This document shows, in pieces, positions 19,508-30,737 of a DNA stretch of 64,000 bases; within the stretch, counting starts at the first letter, position 1; each line of letters opens with the position of its first letter. The stretch is from Phycisphaerae bacterium (GTDB lineage Bacteria; Planctomycetota; Phycisphaerae; UBA1845; Fen-1342). The position numbers and the translations under genes were made by a program. The stretch is taken from positions 320,001 to 384,000 of the forward strand of contig CAXXWX010000026.1 in assembly GCA_963675745.2 (NCBI GenBank), read 5' to 3'. The notes below the pieces were generated by a model. That model ran no database searches, was not told the DNA's origin, and was given only the letters and a program-made list of their open reading frames with translations.

Positions 19508-22007
19508 TCAGGTTTGCCCGGCCCCGAAGTGATTGGCGCATTGCAGCACGGGCGGTGCGCGCAGTGCGTCGGTATCGACAGCCGCCGGCACGCGAATCGA
19601 GAACACGTGGCTCTCGCCCGGCAGCAACGTAACCAGATTGTCGTCCACTTCCGCGCCCGCGTGTACGCGATCAACGCTGAGCAGCACATCACGCAGCAGC
19701 GTCTCGGCGTGCAGGTGTAGCTGAATCTGACCGGCGGCCTCGGTGATTTCGGTGCGCAAGCGCGGCGCCGGGTAGCGAAGCCGCCGATCATGCTCGAAGA
19801 ACCAGTGGGCGCACAGGTCATCCGCGACGGCCACGAGCAACTCGCCACACCGATCGTCAGGTTGGCCGAGTATATCGGCCAGTTGCGCGACGCGGGACGC
19901 ACAGTGCGGGGCAAGCACGCGGTCAAGCTGTTCTTCCGCCAGAATTGCCCCATCAAACCGCCGCCGCGAGACGTCCAGGTGCAGGGCCCACGGCTCCGCC
20001 GTATCGTTGACGGCGCATAGCGCGGGCGCGCCATCAAACGGCTGGATGGTCAGCAAGCGCGGGGCGAATGCGCGCCGGGTTGCATACCAGAGCGGCTTGC
20101 GCCGGCCAGCATCATCAATCGCCGACCAGGTGTGCCCGGTCCAGCAATCGTTGAGCTGCCAGTACAGCACGCCCATGCAGCGGGGGCTGTTCGCACGCAG
20201 CCATTCCACCGCCAGACCGACAGCGCGGGCCTGCATCAGTTGCGTCAGATAGTGCCAATCATCGAAACTGCCGGGCGCGGCGAAGTGTTCGAGCACCGGC
20301 TGCGTGAGCAGTTGATCGTTGCCGCTCGAACGCTGGCGATGCGCCATAGCCTCGCTGTCAGGCGCGAGCTCCTCGCGCTCGACCGCGTCGCACAGTGTGG
20401 CGTAATTGGCCGGGCGCCTGGTGCCCGAACTCGCTCACAAAACGCGGGATGAACTGGCGATAGCCCTCGACACGCCTATCCCAGGTGTGGCGGTTACCGT
20501 GGTCCGGGTCCAAAACGTCACGCTCGCGGGAGCCCGAGTATGGGCTGTTTGGCCAATACGGCCGCGTTGGATCAAGCTCCTTGACCACACGTGCCAGCAG
20601 GTCGAAGTAGTAACCGCCGCCCCAGCTCTGGTCGGGTTTGAGCCGCTCCTTGTAACCCCAGCTCTGGTAAGCCCAGAGACACTCGTTGCCGCCGCACCAT
20701 AGGGCCAGGCTGGGGTGTGTGCAGAGGCGCGCGACGTTGTAGCGCGCTTCGCGCTCGACCTGCGCCCAATAGGGCTGTTCCTCGGGGTAGGTGGCGCAGG
20801 CGAACATGAAATCCTGCCAGACCAGGATGCCGTGCTCGTCGCAGGCCGAATAGAAGGACTGATCCTCGTAAATGCCGCCGCCCCACCCGCGCAGCATGTT
20901 CATATTCGCATCGGCGGCCTGTGTGACACGCCGGCGGTAATCATCGCTTGTGAGCTCTGACGGGAATAGTGCGTCGGGGATCCAGTTCGCACCGCGGCAG
21001 AAGATCGGCCGGTCGTTGATGCGAATGGTGAAAGCCGAGCCGCTCTCATCCGGTGCCGTATCAAGCGTAACGGTGCGGAAGCCGATACGCCCCGCCCAGG
21101 AATCGAGCACCTGCGCCGCGCCGCCGGCGTCCGATTTCACAAGTGATACGCGGAGGTTGTAGAGGCTCTGCTCGCCATAGCCGCGCGGCCACCAGAGCCG
21201 TGGGTCGGCGACGGTGAGCGCGAGGTCCGCATCGGCGGCGTTTGTCGAAAGAGGAACGCGTCCCGTGGCCACGACGCAAGCATCGTCGGCCAACTCAGCG
21301 ATCAGTTGCACGGGCTCGGCGCCAGGCTCGCCGCCCGCGTGTTCCAGCACCGCCCTGATATCCACGCGCCAGTTTCCGCCCCGTTCCCTGATCACCAGCG
21401 GCCGCACAACGTCGAGCCGGGCCGTGTTCCAGCCATGCAGCCTGATCGAGCGCCAGATGCCGGCTGTGGCGACGTGCGGCCCCCAGTCCCAGCCGAAATT
21501 GCAGGCCATCTTGCGAATGTAGGGATAAGCGCACAAGTCGAAGTTGGCGGGGCGCGGGCCGTGTTGTTCGGTCATCGCGCGCGTGTGGCGAAGCGGCGAT
21601 TTAAATACGACCTCGAGGCGGTTCTCGCCGGGCCGCAGCGCCGGCCGCGCGTCGAAGCGCCAGGCGTGGAACATGTTGTCGGCCGTGCCGAGCTGCGTGT
21701 CATTGAGCGTGATTGTCGCGAGAGTGTCCAGCCCATCGCAGACCAGGGCGACGCGCTCACATTCGACCAGGCGCGCGTCAGCCACGAACCGGCACTCATA
21801 ATGCCAGTCTGATTCGCCGATCCACTGGCAATCGCGCTCACTGAATCCCAGGTTGGGGTGCTTGATCAGGCCGGCACGGATCAGGTCGGTGTGTACGCAG
21901 CCGGGGACGCGCGCGGGCAGCACGCGCTGCCGGATATCTTGTGGTACTTCAGTAGCGCCGTCGGCCGCACGCAGCAGCCAATGCGTCCAGTTAAGCGATT
22001 GATCCAT
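19508..22007 (-). pseudogene. GH2 beta-mannosidase, split by a one-base frameshift near 20411 (likely sequencing error)
   Basis: VPGCVHTDL, RKMACNFGWDWGP, RGANWIP, WGGGIYE, WCGGNE, FVSEFG. Removing one base restores SEFGHQAPANYATLCDAVE...AMAHRQR into the 19508-20347 ORF (YWQLNDCW). Confidence 0.85.
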
Positions 22008-22062
22008 CTGCGATTCCGGATGCCGGTAAGGTCACTAACTCCCGGCGCCACCTGCCAGGAGC

Positions 22063-25000
22063 TCAGGCCCGCGTGGCGGCCAGCGTGATGATCTGGAACG
22101 GCCGAATGCTGATAACCGTCTGTTTGTCGGCGGGATGATGCACAAACCCGGCCACCGCGAGCGGACGCTCCAGCAAATCGACCGTCTCGACCGCGCTCAC
22201 CGGCAGATGCCACCGCAGCGTAACAGTGCCACGGGCGCCGTGCGATTCCACCAGCCGCAGAATCAGACGCTCATCATCCTCGGCGCGCTTGAACGCTGCA
22301 ATGACGACATCGGCCGCGCCGGCAACGGCAATCTCGATCGGCGCCCAACCATCGTGGCAGGCGCCGGGCTGGTCCGCGGCCGGCGAGCACATCAGCAGCG
22401 GCGTGTTGAGGGCCTCGGCCTCGTGCAGGACGCCGGCACCACGCCAGTCCCCGTCGTGCGGCATCAGGCTGTACGTAAACTCGTGCGTGCCACGGTCGGC
22501 ATTGTGGTCGGGGAACCGCGGACTGCGCAACAGGGTCAGCCCCATTACGTTATCGCGGCATGAGTGGCCGTACTTCCCGTCATTCAGCAGCGCAACTCCA
22601 AAACCAGGCTCCGAGAGGTCCACCCAGCGGTGTGCACAGACCTCAAACTGTGCCTGCTCCCACGATGTGTTACGATGCGTGGCGCGTTCGATATGGCCGT
22701 ATTGAATCTCGTAGGTCGCGCGGCGGCTACGGACATCCACGGGAAACAGTGCCCGTAGCAGGCACTGACGCTCGTGCCATTCGATATGCGTCTGAATGTC
22801 GAGTCGCGGCGAGCCGGCGGCCAGGACGAAACGCTGCGTCAGACGGCTGCCCTGGCCCAACGGTCGCACGATTTCGATCGCCGCGCGCAGCGGGCCCTTC
22901 TCGACCACGCGGCACGATTCGGCCGGCGCGTCAGCCAGCCGCGGCTTCTCGACATACTCGCGATCAATCTCCCAGGCGTCCCAGGCCCGCGGCCGATCTT
23001 CATACAGCACGAGTTGGTTAAGCGGGCTTCGCGTGCCGTCGGGCCGCGGCGCGCCGACTTCGCGATCCGAGTCAAAGCGTTTGAGCCGCGCGACGCGGCC
23101 TTGCTCATCAATCGTTGCTTCGAGAACGCCGTTCGAAAGCGTCATGTTCCCGGCGGTTGCCGGCGCCACGCCGGGAGGCTCTGTGGCATCGACAACACGC
23201 ACACCCATGGGTGGCACCTGCGCGACGTAGTGCAGATCGCCATCGTGCTCGACCACCCCCGCCTGGACGTGCGACGTGGGGTTAAAGACCATCAGCGGTC
23301 GGCGCAGGCCGGTGGTGTCGACGGCAGCGGCCCAGCGCTGGAGACCCGCGTCGGTCAACGCCCCGCAGGTCTCACGGATCTCGTCGTGGTGCTCGCGCGC
23401 TTCGTCATATACCCAGCCGATCGACGAACCCGGCAGGATGTCGTGGAACTGGTTCAGCAACAGGAGCTTCCACGCCCGGTCGAGACGCGGCATGAGGACC
23501 GGCCCATCCTCGGCCCGGACGGGGCCGGCGAAACTCAGGCACTCGGCGACTCCCAGGCCGTGCTCGGCGAGGCGGTTGGCCCGCTTGAGCCAGCTCTGCG
23601 TGGTATATGTCCCGCGATGGTATTCGAGGTACAGTTCGCCGTCCCAGATCGGCAGGTCGCGGCCTTGTGTCTGAAGGTTCTTGCGTTCCTGGCGCAGTGC
23701 TTCACAGAAAGTGCGCGTGCCGGCCAGCCGCACATCGGGCAGGCCGTCACATTTTCGTGCGTTCACCGCGTTCAGAATCTGCCAGTCGGTTGGCCCCCCC
23801 CCGCCATCGCCGAACCCGAACGGGTGCAGCCAGACGCCCGTATCGGCGTTGTCCTTGCGCGCAATGTTCTGATCTCCGCGGTGGAGATCGGCCGGCGTGT
23901 TGCTGGCGTTGTAGTCGTGGCCGGGCGTGCAGTGTGCAAGGACCTCGGTGCCGTCGATGCCGCGCCAGCGGAAATTGGTCAGCGGAAACTCGTTGGTGTC
24001 GTTCCACGAGAGCTTGTTGGTTATGAACACGTCAAGTCCGGCCAACGCCATGATCTGTGGCAAGGCGGCGCTGAAGCCGAATGTGTCGGGCAGATAGACG
24101 AACTGCTGTCTGCCATGATCGCCAAACCGCGTCTCCCAATAACGCGTGCCGTGCAGAATCTGGCGCGCCAGCGACTCGCCCGAGACGGTGTTGCAGTCGC
24201 ACTCGACCCACATGCCGCCGCCCGGCTCCCAGCGGCCTTCGCGAACACGTTCGGCGATGCGTGCGAACAGCTCGGGTGTTGACTCTTCGATCCAGGCGTA
24301 TTGCTGGGCCTGGCTGCACAGGAACCGGAAATCCGGGAAGCGCCCCATCAGGCCGAGCACGTTGGCAAAGCTGCGCTGGCACTTGCGGCGTGATTCGCGC
24401 AACGGCCATAGCCACGCCGTGTCGATGTGCGCATGGCCGACGGCGAAGCAGTGCGAGCGCCTGGATACCGTGTCGGTGCTCAGGGCGGCTTCGAGGATGG
24501 CCAGCACCGCGCCGGCTGTGCCGGCCACGTTCGCGGCGTCGAGGCACTGCGTTGCGCGCCGCAGAGCCTGGTCGAGCATCTGGCCGCGAAGATCGTCATC
24601 GGTAAATAGCAGCATCGCTTGTCGCGCGAACTCGTACGTGCGCCACAAACGCCACACATTGGCGTGGTAAACGGTCAGTTCGCAGCGATCGAGCCGTCCG
24701 GGCGTGGCGCCGCTCCAGCGGCGATACTCGTCGGAATCGACGTTGACGAAGCTGGTCGTGCCGAACGGATGGTTGCAGGCGGCCTCTATGTGCAGATCGA
24801 CCTTCTCGCCGCCGACCGCCGCGTCAAACAACACATGCGCGTCGCGGTTCGGGTCAAAGCCCTGCCGCGCGACGCCCCCCTCCCAGAGCAGCGCTTCAGT
24901 GGCGCTGGAAAACCGCAGGGCCACGCACTTCCCCGCCCATTCGGCCGGCACCTGGCCGGTGATGTGAAACCACGCGGTGGACCACGCCGGCCCCCACCGC

Positions 25001-25173
25001 CAGCCGATCTCCACGGGCTCGTATTCGGCTCCGAGCGCCTCAGCGTGCGGGATCGGCTCGTCATACCGGCGAGCACCGATGCGCAGCTGCGCGGTAAGCG
25101 AGAATACCGCCGGCGCGAGAACCTGTTCGGCGTAGACGGCGTAACGTTGTGCGGCGGATTCAAGCTGTTTCAT
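22063..25173 (-). CDS. GH38 alpha-mannosidase
   Basis: VGHAHIDTAWLWP, LPDTFGFS, GDGGGGP, GELYLEYHRGTYT, NQFHDILPGS, LLNDGKYG. Start MKQLES at 25173. Confidence 0.95.
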   Translation of the reverse strand: MKQLESAAQRYAVYAEQVLAPAVFSLTAQLRIGARRYDEPIPHAEALGAEYEPVEIGWRWGPAWSTAWFHITGQVPAEWAGKCVALRFSSATEALLWEGGVARQGFDPNRDAHVLFDAAVGGEKVDLHIEAACNHPFGTTSFVNVDSDEYRRWSGATPGRLDRCELTVYHANVWRLWRTYEFARQAMLLFTDDDLRGQMLDQALRRATQCLDAANVAGTAGAVLAILEAALSTDTVSRRSHCFAVGHAHIDTAWLWPLRESRRKCQRSFANVLGLMGRFPDFRFLCSQAQQYAWIEESTPELFARIAERVREGRWEPGGGMWVECDCNTVSGESLARQILHGTRYWETRFGDHGRQQFVYLPDTFGFSAALPQIMALAGLDVFITNKLSWNDTNEFPLTNFRWRGIDGTEVLAHCTPGHDYNASNTPADLHRGDQNIARKDNADTGVWLHPFGFGDGGGGPTDWQILNAVNARKCDGLPDVRLAGTRTFCEALRQERKNLQTQGRDLPIWDGELYLEYHRGTYTTQSWLKRANRLAEHGLGVAECLSFAGPVRAEDGPVLMPRLDRAWKLLLLNQFHDILPGSSIGWVYDEAREHHDEIRETCGALTDAGLQRWAAAVDTTGLRRPLMVFNPTSHVQAGVVEHDGDLHYVAQVPPMGVRVVDATEPPGVAPATAGNMTLSNGVLEATIDEQGRVARLKRFDSDREVGAPRPDGTRSPLNQLVLYEDRPRAWDAWEIDREYVEKPRLADAPAESCRVVEKGPLRAAIEIVRPLGQGSRLTQRFVLAAGSPRLDIQTHIEWHERQCLLRALFPVDVRSRRATYEIQYGHIERATHRNTSWEQAQFEVCAHRWVDLSEPGFGVALLNDGKYGHSCRDNVMGLTLLRSPRFPDHNADRGTHEFTYSLMPHDGDWRGAGVLHEAEALNTPLLMCSPAADQPGACHDGWAPIEIAVAGAADVVIAAFKRAEDDERLILRLVESHGARGTVTLRWHLPVSAVETVDLLERPLAVAGFVHHPADKQTVISIRPFQIITLAATRA

Positions 25174-25393
25174 GGCACCGGCACGGGAACGGAGTCGTTC
25201 ATTGCGCGGGCAACGGCCCACGCGCGGTGCGTATCGTAGCGGAACCCGTCGGCGCAAGACAGTCCGGCTTGATTCGCGCCCACGCCGGGAAGTTCCGCCC
25301 GTTGGCGCGCGTGCCCCACACGTTTCGGTGAGCCGCGCTCGCCGCTACAATTGTGCGGCACGGTCACATCCCGCTGACACAGAGGTCTGGTTG

Positions 25394-28300
25394 ATGACAC
25401 GAATGATGCGAACCTTGGCGGCACTGGCAATCGGGGGTCTGGCAATATCGAGTGCGGCACAAATGAGCGACACGCCAACTTCCCCACTCGGCGAAGAGTC
25501 TCAGCAGCAGCGCGACCTGCGCATGCAGTGGTGGCGCGAGGCCCGCTTCGGGCTGTTCATTCACTGGGGCCTATACGCCATCCCGGCCGGTCAGTGGGGC
25601 GAACAGACGCACCACGGCGAGTGGATCATGAACACGGCCCACATCCCGCTGGAGCGCTACGAGCAGTTTGTCGCGCAGTTCAACCCGGTGAAGTTCGACG
25701 CCGACCGGTGGGCGCAAATCGCCAAAGACGCGGGCATGAAGTACATCGTGATCACGTCAAAACATCACGACGGCTTTTGCCTGTTCGACTCGGCCCAGAC
25801 CGACTACGACGTCATGTCCACGCCATTCAAGCGCGACATCATGAAGGAGCTGTCCGAGGCGTGTCGGCGACACGGGCTCAAGATGTGCTGGTATCACTCG
25901 ATCATGGACTGGCACCACCCCGACTATCTGCCACGACGTGACTGGGAAGAGCGCTCTGCTGAAGGAGCGGACTTCGAGCGCTTCCGCACCTATCTGAAAA
26001 GCCAGGTGCGCGAGCTGCTCACGGACTATGGCGAAATCGGCGTCATGTGGTTCGACGGCGAGTGGGAGGCCACCTGGAACCACGAGTATGGCGCGGACCT
26101 CTACAACTACGTCCGCGGCTTGCGGCCCGACGTCATCGTTAACAACCGCGTTGACAAGGGCCGCGGCGGCATGGCCGGCATGACCAAGGACCGCCGCTTC
26201 ACCGGCGATTTCGGCACACCCGAGCAGGAAATCCCCACCACCGGTCTGCCTGGCGTCGATTGGGAAACCTGCATGACGATGAATCACCACTGGGGTTACA
26301 ACAGGCTCGACGACGACTGGAAATCGACCGAGGACCTGATCCGCAAGCTCGCCGACATCGCCTCCAAGGGCGGCAACTTCCTGCTCAACGTCGGTCCAAA
26401 AGCCGACGGCACCTTCCCGCAGGAGAGCGTTGACCGCCTGCGCGCGATTGGGGCCTGGATGAAGGTCAACGGCGAGTCGATCTACGGCACGAGTGCCAGC
26501 CCGTTCAAGTCTCTGCCGTGGGGCCGCTGTACGCAGAAGCGGCTGCCGACCGGCGATACGCGGCTGTATCTGCACGTGTTCGACTGGCCCGCGGCCGGCG
26601 ATCTGACCGTGCCGGGCATCTTCAACGAGGCGCGACAGGCGTACCTGATGGCCAACGGCGACGACGAGAAGCTCTATGTTCGGCGGAAAGACGACGCTCT
26701 GATCATCCGTTTGCCCGCGGATGCGCTCGACCCGATCGACACCGTGGTCGTGCTCGACGTCGCCGGCAAGGCCGACGTGGCTGATCCGCCGGTGATTTCG
26801 GCCCCGGCGGACATTTTCGTCGACACGCTCGAAGTGACCGTGTCTTCCGACCGCGAGAAAGTCGTGCTGCGCTACACGACAGACGGCAGCGAGCCGACGC
26901 CTGAGTCGCCACTCGTCAGCGGACCCATTCGGCTCACACAGACAGCCACGGTTACGGCGCGGGTATTCCGCGCTGATCGCGCCGTCAGCGGCGTCAGCAA
27001 CACCACGTTCACCAAAGTCGTGCCGCAGCCGGCGGTAACGGTGCCAGACACCGTCGCGGGCGTAAATTATGAGTATTACGAAGGAGAATGGGACCGCCTG
27101 CCGGATTTTGACGCGCTGACACCCGTAAAGACCGGCACGCTCGACGGCTTCCTGTTCTCGCCGTGTGAGCGCAATGAGCGCTTCGGCTTCCGCTACACGG
27201 CCTATGTCCGCGTGCCGACCAGCGGAGTCTACACGTTTTACACGCTGTCGGACGACGGTAGCCGGCTTTACATCGGCGATGAACTGGTCGTGGACAACGA
27301 CGGTCTGCACAGCCTGCACGAGGCGAGCGGACGGATCGCGCTGGACGCCGGCCTGCACACCATCACGGTCACCTTCTTCGAAAGGACCGGCGGCGACGGG
27401 CTCGAAGTCACATATGCCGGCCCCGGAATAAAGAAGCAGCGCGTGCCGTCGAGGGCGCTATTCCGTTCGCCCACCGCCGCCATGCTGGTTCCGCATCCGC
27501 GGCAGATGGCGTGGCAGGAGATGGAGGTCCACGCCTTCGTACACTTCGGCATAAACACCTTCACCGACCGCGAATGGGGCGACGGCACCGAGAGCCCGAC
27601 GCTGCTTAATCCGACCGAGCTCGACGCCAACCAGTGGGTCCGCGACTTCAAAGACGCCGGCATGAAACAGGTCGTGCTCAGCGCGAAGCACCATGACGGC
27701 TTCTGCCTGTGGCCGAGCGCGTATACCGAGCACTCTGTCAAGAACAGCCCGTGGCGCGATGGCCGCGGCGATCTCGTGCGTGAGGTGGCCGACGCCTGTC
27801 ACGCGGCAGGGCTCAAGCTGGGCATCTACCTGTCACCCTGGGATCGGCACGAGCCGACGTATGGCGATTCGCCGCGCTACAACGAGCACTACAAGAACCA
27901 GCTTCGCGAGCTGCTGAGCAACTATGGCCCGATCCACGAGGTCTGGTTCGACGGAGCGTGCGGCGAAGGCCCCAACGGCAAGAAGCAGGTGTATGACTGG
28001 GACGGCTACGTGGCGCTGATCCGCGAGTTGCAGCCCGACGCCGTGATCTTCTCCGACGCCGGCCCGGACATCCGCTGGGTCGGCAATGAGCAGGGCTTTG
28101 CCGGCGAGACGAACTGGTCAATGTTGCGGCGTGACGAGTTCTACCCCGGCACGCCGAAGCACAAGCAATTGACCGAAGGTCACGAGGACGGCACGCATTG
28201 GGTTCCCGCCGAGTGCGACGTCTCTATCCGCCCCGGCTGGTTCTATCACGCCGGCCAGGACGATCAGGTGAAGACGGTCCCGCAACTCGTCGACCTCTAC

Positions 28301-28825
28301 TACCAGTCCGTCGGCCGCAACGGCGTTCTGCTGCTGAATGTGCCGCCCGACCGGCGCGGCCTGATTCACAAGGCCGACGCCGCCCGGCTGCATGCCTTCG
28401 GCGAGGTCATCAGCGAGACGTTCCGGCACAATCTGGCGGCGGGGAAACCAGCGACGGCGACTAGCGGTCAGACGCCGGCGAGCGCGGTTGATGATGACCC
28501 GCATACGTGCTGGGCCGCCGCCGCCGATGACAGTGCGCCGGTGTTGACCATAGACCTCGGCAACGCGGCGACGTTCGATCGCATCGCGCTGCAAGAGGAC
28601 ATCCGGCAGGGGCAACGCGTACGTGCGTTTGCCGTTGAGGTTTGGAGCGGTCAGGACTGGGACAACGTCGCCACGGGCACCACGATCGGCTACAAGCGCC
28701 TGCTGCGGATCGATCCGGTAGCGGCGACGCGGCTGCGCCTGGTCATCCGGGATATGCGTGCCGCCCCGATGATCAGCGAAATCGGGCTCTACAAGGCCTC
28801 GCCGCGAGAACGTCTCGCCGGCTAG
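25394..28825 (+). CDS. Secreted alpha-L-fucosidase with two GH29 catalytic domains, FN3-associated, PA14 and F5/8-type modules
   Basis: GH29 #1: RFGLFIHWG, SKHHDGF, WFDGEW, LLNVGP; RYTTDGSEP; SDDGSRL..DNDGLH (PA14); GH29 #2: FVHFGINTF, AKHHDGF, WFDGA, ECDVSIRPGWF, LLLNVPP; C-terminal TIGYKRL. Confidence 0.92.
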   Translation: MTRMMRTLAALAIGGLAISSAAQMSDTPTSPLGEESQQQRDLRMQWWREARFGLFIHWGLYAIPAGQWGEQTHHGEWIMNTAHIPLERYEQFVAQFNPVKFDADRWAQIAKDAGMKYIVITSKHHDGFCLFDSAQTDYDVMSTPFKRDIMKELSEACRRHGLKMCWYHSIMDWHHPDYLPRRDWEERSAEGADFERFRTYLKSQVRELLTDYGEIGVMWFDGEWEATWNHEYGADLYNYVRGLRPDVIVNNRVDKGRGGMAGMTKDRRFTGDFGTPEQEIPTTGLPGVDWETCMTMNHHWGYNRLDDDWKSTEDLIRKLADIASKGGNFLLNVGPKADGTFPQESVDRLRAIGAWMKVNGESIYGTSASPFKSLPWGRCTQKRLPTGDTRLYLHVFDWPAAGDLTVPGIFNEARQAYLMANGDDEKLYVRRKDDALIIRLPADALDPIDTVVVLDVAGKADVADPPVISAPADIFVDTLEVTVSSDREKVVLRYTTDGSEPTPESPLVSGPIRLTQTATVTARVFRADRAVSGVSNTTFTKVVPQPAVTVPDTVAGVNYEYYEGEWDRLPDFDALTPVKTGTLDGFLFSPCERNERFGFRYTAYVRVPTSGVYTFYTLSDDGSRLYIGDELVVDNDGLHSLHEASGRIALDAGLHTITVTFFERTGGDGLEVTYAGPGIKKQRVPSRALFRSPTAAMLVPHPRQMAWQEMEVHAFVHFGINTFTDREWGDGTESPTLLNPTELDANQWVRDFKDAGMKQVVLSAKHHDGFCLWPSAYTEHSVKNSPWRDGRGDLVREVADACHAAGLKLGIYLSPWDRHEPTYGDSPRYNEHYKNQLRELLSNYGPIHEVWFDGACGEGPNGKKQVYDWDGYVALIRELQPDAVIFSDAGPDIRWVGNEQGFAGETNWSMLRRDEFYPGTPKHKQLTEGHEDGTHWVPAECDVSIRPGWFYHAGQDDQVKTVPQLVDLYYQSVGRNGVLLLNVPPDRRGLIHKADAARLHAFGEVISETFRHNLAAGKPATATSGQTPASAVDDDPHTCWAAAADDSAPVLTIDLGNAATFDRIALQEDIRQGQRVRAFAVEVWSGQDWDNVATGTTIGYKRLLRIDPVAATRLRLVIRDMRAAPMISEIGLYKASPRERLAG

Positions 28826-28887
28826 CCCCACGGATGCACGAGTGCGTGCGCGGCGAATGCGCGCATCGCAGAAGGTAGGAAACGCCT

Positions 28888-30714
28888 ATGCAACTCGCCC
28901 CGCTTGATTGGGTAATCGTCGTCGCGTTCTTTGCGACATCGCTGACGATCGGCTTCCTCGTGGCCCGCCGGGCCGGACGCAGCACGTCCGAGTTCTTCCT
29001 CTCCGGCCGCTCGATGCCCTGGTGGTTGCTCGGCATGTCGATGGTCGCGACCACGTTCTCGACCGACACGCCCAACCTCGTTACCGACATCGTTCGCCAG
29101 AACGGCGTCGCGGGAAACTGGGTCTGGTGGGCGTTTCTGCTGACGGGCATGCTGACCGTCTTCGTCTACGCCCGACTCTGGCGCCGTTCGGGTGTCACGA
29201 CCGACGTTGAGTTCTACGAGCTGCGTTATTCGGGCAAGGCCGCCGCCTTCCTGCGCGGGTTCCGCGCCATCTACCTCGGCGTGTTCTTCAATGTGTGCAT
29301 CATGGCCACGGTCTCGCTGGCGGCGATCAAGATCGGCGGCGTGATGTTTGAGTTCTCGCCGATCCAGACCATCCTCGTCGCCTCGGTCGTAACGGTCATC
29401 TTCAGCGCGCTCGGCGGCTTTCGGGCCGTCGTGTTGACCGACCTGCTGCTCTTCGTGATCGCGATGATCGGCGCCGTCGCCGCGGCGGCTGTCGCGTTGC
29501 GGCAGCCCGAGGTCGGCGGCCTGAGCGGCCTGCTCGCGCACGATGCGCTGGCCGACAAGCTCGCCATCTTTCCACAACCGCTCGCGACCGACTCCGGCGG
29601 CATGAGTTGGGAGCCGGTGATCATGCTCCTCGTTATCCCGCTCGCCGTGCAGTGGTGGAGCGTGTGGTATCCCGGTTCAGAACCGGGCGGCGGTGGTTAT
29701 GTCGCACAACGCATGCTCTCCGCCAAAAACGAGCGGCACGCCGTCGGTGCGACGTTCTTCTTCCAGGCGGCGCATTACGCACTGCGCCCGTGGCCCTGGA
29801 TTCTTGTCGCCCTCGCCTCGCTGATCGTCTTCCCAGACCTCGACGCGATTGCCAGCGCATTTCCGCACGTCGCCGCCGACAAAATCGGACACGATCTGGC
29901 CTATCCGGCGATGCTGACGTTCCTGCCGACCGGCCTGCTCGGGCTGGTGGTGGCGTCGCTGATTGCGGCGTACATGTCGACGATCTCCACGCACCTGAAC
30001 TGGGGTTCGAGCTACGTCGTCAACGACTTCTGGCAAAGGTTCATCAGCCCGCAGGCGAGCCAGGGCCAACTGGTCTGGGTCGGCCGGGTTTCGACGGTGT
30101 TGTTGATGGTCCTCGCCGGCGCGCTGGCGCTATGCCTGCAAAATGCCATGCAGGCGTTTAACATCCTGCTTCAAATCGGCGCGGGCACGGGGCTGCTGTT
30201 CATCCTGCGGTGGTTCTGGTGGCGTATTAACCCATACAGCGAGCTCGTCGCCATGGTGGTTTCGTTTGGCGTGGCGCTCATCATGCAGTTCACGGCGGCC
30301 GCCGCGTTACCGGCGTGGCTGCAATTGCTGATCGGCGTCGCGTTCACCACGTGTGCCTGGTTCGCTGTGACATTCGTCACGCCGCCCAGCGACGCCGCCA
30401 CGCTGCGCCGTTTCTACAAGCTGACGCGGCCCGGCGGCCCGGGCTGGCAACGCGTGCTGGCCGACGCCGCCCGCGACGGCGAAGACCTCGCCGGCGACGA
30501 AGCCACCCATTGGCAGGTCCCGCGCGGCATCCTTTGCATGCTGCTCGGCTGCGTGGCCGTCTATAGCGCCCTGTTCGGCACGGGCTATTGGATCTACGGT
30601 AACGCCCTGCTCGGCTGCGTGTTCACCATGACGTTCGTCGTTAGTTCCGTGCTGCTGGCGGTCGCGTCGCGCGGCTTGCTTAACTCGCACAATGAGGCAC
30701 CATCGGCGCCCTGA
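28888..30714 (+). CDS. Sodium:solute symporter (SSS family), probably for sugars
   Basis: EFFLSGRSMPWW, SMVATTFSTDTP, YVAQRM, AAYMST; many TM helices. Confidence 0.92.
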   Translation: MQLAPLDWVIVVAFFATSLTIGFLVARRAGRSTSEFFLSGRSMPWWLLGMSMVATTFSTDTPNLVTDIVRQNGVAGNWVWWAFLLTGMLTVFVYARLWRRSGVTTDVEFYELRYSGKAAAFLRGFRAIYLGVFFNVCIMATVSLAAIKIGGVMFEFSPIQTILVASVVTVIFSALGGFRAVVLTDLLLFVIAMIGAVAAAAVALRQPEVGGLSGLLAHDALADKLAIFPQPLATDSGGMSWEPVIMLLVIPLAVQWWSVWYPGSEPGGGGYVAQRMLSAKNERHAVGATFFFQAAHYALRPWPWILVALASLIVFPDLDAIASAFPHVAADKIGHDLAYPAMLTFLPTGLLGLVVASLIAAYMSTISTHLNWGSSYVVNDFWQRFISPQASQGQLVWVGRVSTVLLMVLAGALALCLQNAMQAFNILLQIGAGTGLLFILRWFWWRINPYSELVAMVVSFGVALIMQFTAAAALPAWLQLLIGVAFTTCAWFAVTFVTPPSDAATLRRFYKLTRPGGPGWQRVLADAARDGEDLAGDEATHWQVPRGILCMLLGCVAVYSALFGTGYWIYGNALLGCVFTMTFVVSSVLLAVASRGLLNSHNEAPSAP

Positions 30715-30737
30715 ATCTCACGCCGGAGTCAACTGAC

